Shown here one piece after another: positions 60,701 through 64,000 of a DNA stretch of 64,000 bases (position 1 is the stretch's first letter; each line of letters starts with the position of its first letter). The stretch is from Candidatus Poribacteria bacterium (lineage in GTDB: Bacteria; Poribacteria; WGA-4E; WGA-3G). The notes below the pieces were generated by a model. It ran no database searches, was not told the DNA's origin, and saw nothing but the letters and a program-made list of their open reading frames with translations. A program made the position numbers and the translations under genes. Location: contig OZ242029.1 in NCBI GenBank assembly GCA_965205015.1, positions 4,416,001 to 4,480,000 on the forward strand, written 5' to 3'.

Positions 60701-61138
60701 ATGCCGTGCGACCTCGGCATCCACCTGACGCATGGCTGCCTCAACCAGCGTAGGACTTGACAATTGGTCCTCTCTACTACGCGCTAATTCTACGATGCCG
60801 AGCACGTGATCCCCAAAACGCGGAAACTTGTGCTGCAACAACCGAGCAACACCCTCCAATTGCCGGTGTTTCCAAACCCAATTGTAGTACTTCATGGGTA
60901 AGAGAAAGACCATCCCTACCAGACCAATTACCAAAATGAGGACCCGCACAAGCGTAGGTGTGTCAAAGACACGGTCTAAGCAAAAAACGATGATATATGA
61001 AACCAGGATACCAAAGATTGCTGCCAACGCACCTTCAGCGAGCTTGATCGTCCATACCCGCTTTTGGTACTGTTCGAGTGCCGTTTTCATGCGAGGTGGC
61101 AAGTTGACTGTATTTCTTTGGGGTTGCGCTTGATTCAT
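57707..61138 (-). CDS. Membrane-anchored large coiled-coil protein (DUF4175-like)
   Basis: N-terminal TMs, P-x-Y, A-x-DDFGV, long helical repeats, PEEFR-x-x-L-x-x-YF-x-x-L terminus. Confidence 0.78.
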   Translation of the reverse strand: MNQAQPQRNTVNLPPRMKTALEQYQKRVWTIKLAEGALAAIFGILVSYIIVFCLDRVFDTPTLVRVLILVIGLVGMVFLLPMKYYNWVWKHRQLEGVARLLQHKFPRFGDHVLGIVELARSREDQLSSPTLVEAAMRQVDAEVARHNLADAVPNPRHRRWAWTAVLPLVLVVGVSVVIPATSWNTFARWLTPWRAVERYTFAQLEGESGLRVVPYAEPFDVEARLKDDSPWKPESGEARYAKQVPVVATREEATYRFQLPPQTRDGQLKLRVGDARRSIPIEPKLRPALTQLIAEVKLPTYLQRSEPLVEDVRGGTLNLLRGSTAVLEATATRELAEATLNDRPQRVDGARVTTEPISVVGGTSGEPSKQKQPDSLLQLAWRDRFGLVAREPQVIRLEIQEDGSPTVNFNKLKNNRVVLSSEVLTFEIQAADDFGVKRVGLEWEGIGNPIHNPEPTRGEKTVSSGTPTTELMTVAATFSAVRENVRPQSLRLRAFAEDYLPGRERVRSPDLVIHVLTPAEHFKWLVGQMELWMGAAQEVHDKELQLHETNRELRDLPPEALDDPAQRRKLQNQAAAERANAARLESLIQLGTELVQEATKNEEFDPNQLESWAEILQKLEEIAGQRMPSVADLLARAAEAPGLSSSRQSAVGSQQETSPPTAGGVPLSSKSEPNNLEKVEKYGPESKTPPEGLDEIPEDPNTPGASVIVNRSKQPEGKPGYVPANPTPRVVDVESGFNEEEEAGQAPQVVGGLGIPATTLRGSGRNDEEEEPPAPQTAELVLEAVKEQQELLDAFAELAEEMNKLLTGFENSTFVKRLKAASRRQIDIAVDLNNLDGFGQDATDAVEDASDRRRLAEKEIAEAKVASTLLQDMVAYADRRPSEGFSRVLSEMQDAIVSDQMQGIAEAIVKDNFIGESTIEAEFWADTLDRWAEQLVPPLPEGEPPGEMGLVELPNLPPEIVVEVMRIINREIQLREETRELEQAKAALTADEYSERSIALYDTQITLTEDTREVEAQISLLPNATERFIQGQLAKVARAAEVMEEVEDILAEPDTGPRAIAAITEVIEILLETGRIPNAPMIITAPPATASALSLLGVGDDSGRASIENRSPRQATGKTGRVLPEEFRQGLDAYFDALEGRTQ

Positions 61139-61199
61139 TGAAGTTCTCCTTTGGTATGGCTGTTGACGATCAACTGTCTATCAATCATATCCCTGATAA

Positions 61200-63410
61200 C
61201 TATATTGCCCCCGTCATTTTTCTCGCAATCCAGAACACCCCAAGAAGTAGGATGAGCAGTCCCGCCCAAAGGGGGTGTGCCCAGATCCGTGTGCGATGCA
61301 CCGTCGGCTCAGGCTCCGGTAAGGCTGCGAGCTCATCCAACAGACTTCGCACCTCAGAAATCGGTACTAACTTGCCATTTGTAATCTTGGCGATTTCGTC
61401 TAAAACCTCAAAACGCGCCAAACGTCCTTGTTGTTCCCGATTTAAACCTTGGACTGACAGATCGGTCTGTACTGAAGCACCAGTTTCAGTGCTACTCGCA
61501 ACGAGTTTATAATTGCCAGATTCTTTTGGCACAAACGCCCCCGTGAACAACCCGATCGCATCTCCTTCACCCGGTTGCAACTGAATGGTTTGTGTTTTAC
61601 CTGACGGCGAAATCGCCTGCACAACAACCGAGCCTTTATCCAACGGAGCCCCCAACGGATCGTTCACGTTGGCGTTTAACGTTACTGCATCATCGACGTG
61701 GGGTCGATCTGGCGAATAAAACAATCGCATCGACTCGCCTTGTGCCATCTGCCGACGATACGCCATCCACCGAGCAACTTGGCTCCAGAAGCGGTAGTGG
61801 TACTTATCCTCAACACCTTGTCGCCAACGCCATGCGCTATCCGTTCCCATAAATAACACTTTACCCGCCCCATACGTTTTGGTCACAATAAGCGGCACCC
61901 GTCCGGAAGCCGTCGCCACTTCGTCGTGCACGGCTAAAGTCTCTGTCCCCGCCTTGGCACGTTTGACCCCAGTATACCAGTAGAAGCCCGGCAACGTGCG
62001 CCACACCTGCTGGTTGATCTCCTCCGTCTCCCCGAGTCGAGTTAATAAACTACGTTGTCCCAGCTGCGTGAGCGCGAAATATCCCTGCGTTCCCGATCCA
62101 ACACCATACGAGGTTGCAGCGTCCAAAACTACGGGATAGAGGTCCGCAAGCGGCCCCGACATCAAAGACGCATGCATCCCCGTCCGCCCCGGCATAAAGA
62201 CGAGTCCGGACGCCTGAGCACTGACAAGTTGCCGTAAGTCTCGTGTCTGCTCGAGTGTTAACTGTTTCTCTCCGATACCGACATCACCCAAGAACACCAC
62301 GTCGTAGCGACTCAGTTCGTTCGTCGTAGGGAAGCTTTTAATGTAACTACGCCCTCCGCCGACTTTGGGCAATTTGGGATGAAAAAGTAGGCATGTTAAT
62401 TCGACCCCTGGATCCCGTTCTAACGCGTTGCGGAGATAGCGGTACTCCCACCGTGGATAGGATTCGACAACAAGGACTTTCAATTGTTCCTTGCGCACCG
62501 ATATCGGAATCTCAGAAATCTCATTGTTTTCCGGGATTAACTCCTGTGTATCCAGCGGGATACGCATTGTCAGTGTGTAATCACCGGGTGTCGGTGGTGT
62601 CCAGATCATGTTCTCTTGTGCTTGGCTCATCGCGGGAACACGGATAAGTTTGCTAATCGCCGGTTTTTCGTTGATACTGAGCGTAACATTTACATCCCGG
62701 TCCTGACCCAAAGTACTGCGAACAACAAAGGGAATACGCAGCTGCTTGTTCAAAACTGCAAAAGTCGGAGCATCCATACTCACCAACTCGAGATCAGGTA
62801 ATGGCACTTTACTGCCCACTCCAACAGCAAAAACGGGAATTCCTCTCATCCGAAATCGTGTCGCCGCTTCAACAGGGGAGTTCCCGATATTCCAATCACC
62901 GTCCGACAATAGCACGACACCGCGAAGGTTTGCATGCGTGTCCAAAACCTGTGATAAGCCAGCATTCAAATCCGTAGCTTCCTCCGCTGGATCTAACTGT
63001 GAAGAGAACGGTTCAAAAACGACACTAAGATCGTTAGCATTCGGAGGTTTCCAAATCTCCTCAGATATCAGCGGTTGAATCGTCTCGGCACGGCTCTTCG
63101 GCCTGTTCGAGAGGTCTGGCCCCTCAACTACATCCCGCGTTTTCATGCTGTTAGATGTGTCCCAAAGCACGGCGAGCGTGGAACGTCGATCTGGTAATTG
63201 TGTTTGCAACCATTCAGGCTGGTTCAAGGTTACAACGACCAAGCAAATCAACACAAAGCGCAGCAACTCAAGCACTGCTGTCTTTATACTATAGCCGCTC
63301 CGATGCCATGCCAGCCAGCACAATACACCTGCTACAATTATAACAACCAAACTCAAACCCAAGAAGGTTCCGCTTGAGAAAAATTCAAGGCTTCCCTGCT
63401 GTTCCTGCAT
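61200..63410 (-). CDS. Membrane protein with vWA and GATase-like domains
   Basis: MIDAS DTSNS, LLSDG, PRWEYRYL, YG-x-GKV, WRWR, FW-x-Q. Confidence 0.85.
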   Translation of the reverse strand: MQEQQGSLEFFSSGTFLGLSLVVIIVAGVLCWLAWHRSGYSIKTAVLELLRFVLICLVVVTLNQPEWLQTQLPDRRSTLAVLWDTSNSMKTRDVVEGPDLSNRPKSRAETIQPLISEEIWKPPNANDLSVVFEPFSSQLDPAEEATDLNAGLSQVLDTHANLRGVVLLSDGDWNIGNSPVEAATRFRMRGIPVFAVGVGSKVPLPDLELVSMDAPTFAVLNKQLRIPFVVRSTLGQDRDVNVTLSINEKPAISKLIRVPAMSQAQENMIWTPPTPGDYTLTMRIPLDTQELIPENNEISEIPISVRKEQLKVLVVESYPRWEYRYLRNALERDPGVELTCLLFHPKLPKVGGGRSYIKSFPTTNELSRYDVVFLGDVGIGEKQLTLEQTRDLRQLVSAQASGLVFMPGRTGMHASLMSGPLADLYPVVLDAATSYGVGSGTQGYFALTQLGQRSLLTRLGETEEINQQVWRTLPGFYWYTGVKRAKAGTETLAVHDEVATASGRVPLIVTKTYGAGKVLFMGTDSAWRWRQGVEDKYHYRFWSQVARWMAYRRQMAQGESMRLFYSPDRPHVDDAVTLNANVNDPLGAPLDKGSVVVQAISPSGKTQTIQLQPGEGDAIGLFTGAFVPKESGNYKLVASSTETGASVQTDLSVQGLNREQQGRLARFEVLDEIAKITNGKLVPISEVRSLLDELAALPEPEPTVHRTRIWAHPLWAGLLILLLGVFWIARKMTGAI

Positions 63411-63438
63411 TTTTTAAATTATGGCCTCAGTTAATAGT

Positions 63439-64000
63439 TTAAAAATCGATTGAAGGCGTGGTTCTGACTCTCTTACTGGGTAAACTCAGTGCCGCCTCTG
63501 CAAGCAGTGCGACTATCATTGCGATGAGAAAGATGCGCCACAATTCACTCGCTAAGGCAGATGTGTCGCCAACATCAACATCAATCCGCCGATACGACAT
63601 TCCATCAAAGAGTGCATCCACCGTTTCGACAGGAACCGCCGTAGCCGTGTCTTCAATTTGGCTACGGTTCACAGCCGTCCAATACGCTTCTTCGCGGTAT
63701 ACGCCAGCGTGTAGCCCGCGTTGTGAGGATAAATACAGCGGCGCGTCGGAATTGTCCGCAGGCGCCACTAACTCCCAGTCGTTCCGGTCTGCCAACACGC
63801 CAGGACCCGCGTCGCGTTGAGATGCTACAGCTAACGCCCGGCAGCCTTGATCCAACGCCCGCTGTAAAATCACGTAAAAGATGACACCTTCGCGTTCGAG
63901 AGAGGAAAATTGTGCCGTAGGGAGCGTGCTACAGAAATATACCGCGCCACGATCAGTCGCGACACGTGTCAACAGAGGAGCATCGTCATCATACCTCGCC
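63439..64000 (-). CDS. C-terminal part of a BatA/vWA-type membrane protein (5'-truncated)
   Basis: Frame open to the window end; terminal ELWRIFL...LLAE TM; operon context. Confidence 0.7.
   Translation of the reverse strand, partial: ARYDDDAPLLTRVATDRGAVYFCSTLPTAQFSSLEREGVIFYVILQRALDQGCRALAVASQRDAGPGVLADRNDWELVAPADNSDAPLYLSSQRGLHAGVYREEAYWTAVNRSQIEDTATAVPVETVDALFDGMSYRRIDVDVGDTSALASELWRIFLIAMIVALLAEAALSLPSKRVRTTPSIDF

Noticed and set aside
1-64000. CRISPR array, rRNA, tRNA (including tRNA-Sec), integrase or transposase
   Set aside because: No regularly spaced repeats or recognisable sequences seen; TGA-as-Trp recoding also rejected because TGA ends many genes normally and Trp is encoded by TGG

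Overview
Bacterial chromosomal window. Its gene content suggests Candidatus Poribacteria (inference): expanded LamG, WD40, TolB/PD40 and YCF48 secreted proteins with a shared C-terminal V-x-P-x-GKL-x-T-T-W-G-x-I-K tail, three PhyH dioxygenases, ECF sigma factors with long C-terminal extensions and DUF6785-like membrane proteins. In order it holds: a cluster of secreted beta-propeller/LamG genes with two sigma54 promoters; a large Asp-rich outer-membrane lipoprotein; a multidomain Eis-like GNAT protein; a mosaic 7.8-kb segment bounded by a 40-bp direct repeat; three tandem ECF sigma genes sharing a promoter motif; two ABC permeases; a toxin-antitoxin pair; a TetR mini-regulon with three operator copies; a C25 peptidase; and the 3' end of a Planctomycete-type vWA/BatA operon. 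The strongest novel signal is the secreted LamG gene at 26675-27487 (-). It is interrupted by a single in-frame TGA that is followed immediately by a bacterial SECIS-like hairpin, with a Cys nine codons later, so it is a candidate new selenoprotein. No rRNA, tRNA, CRISPR array or intact transposase was recognised.
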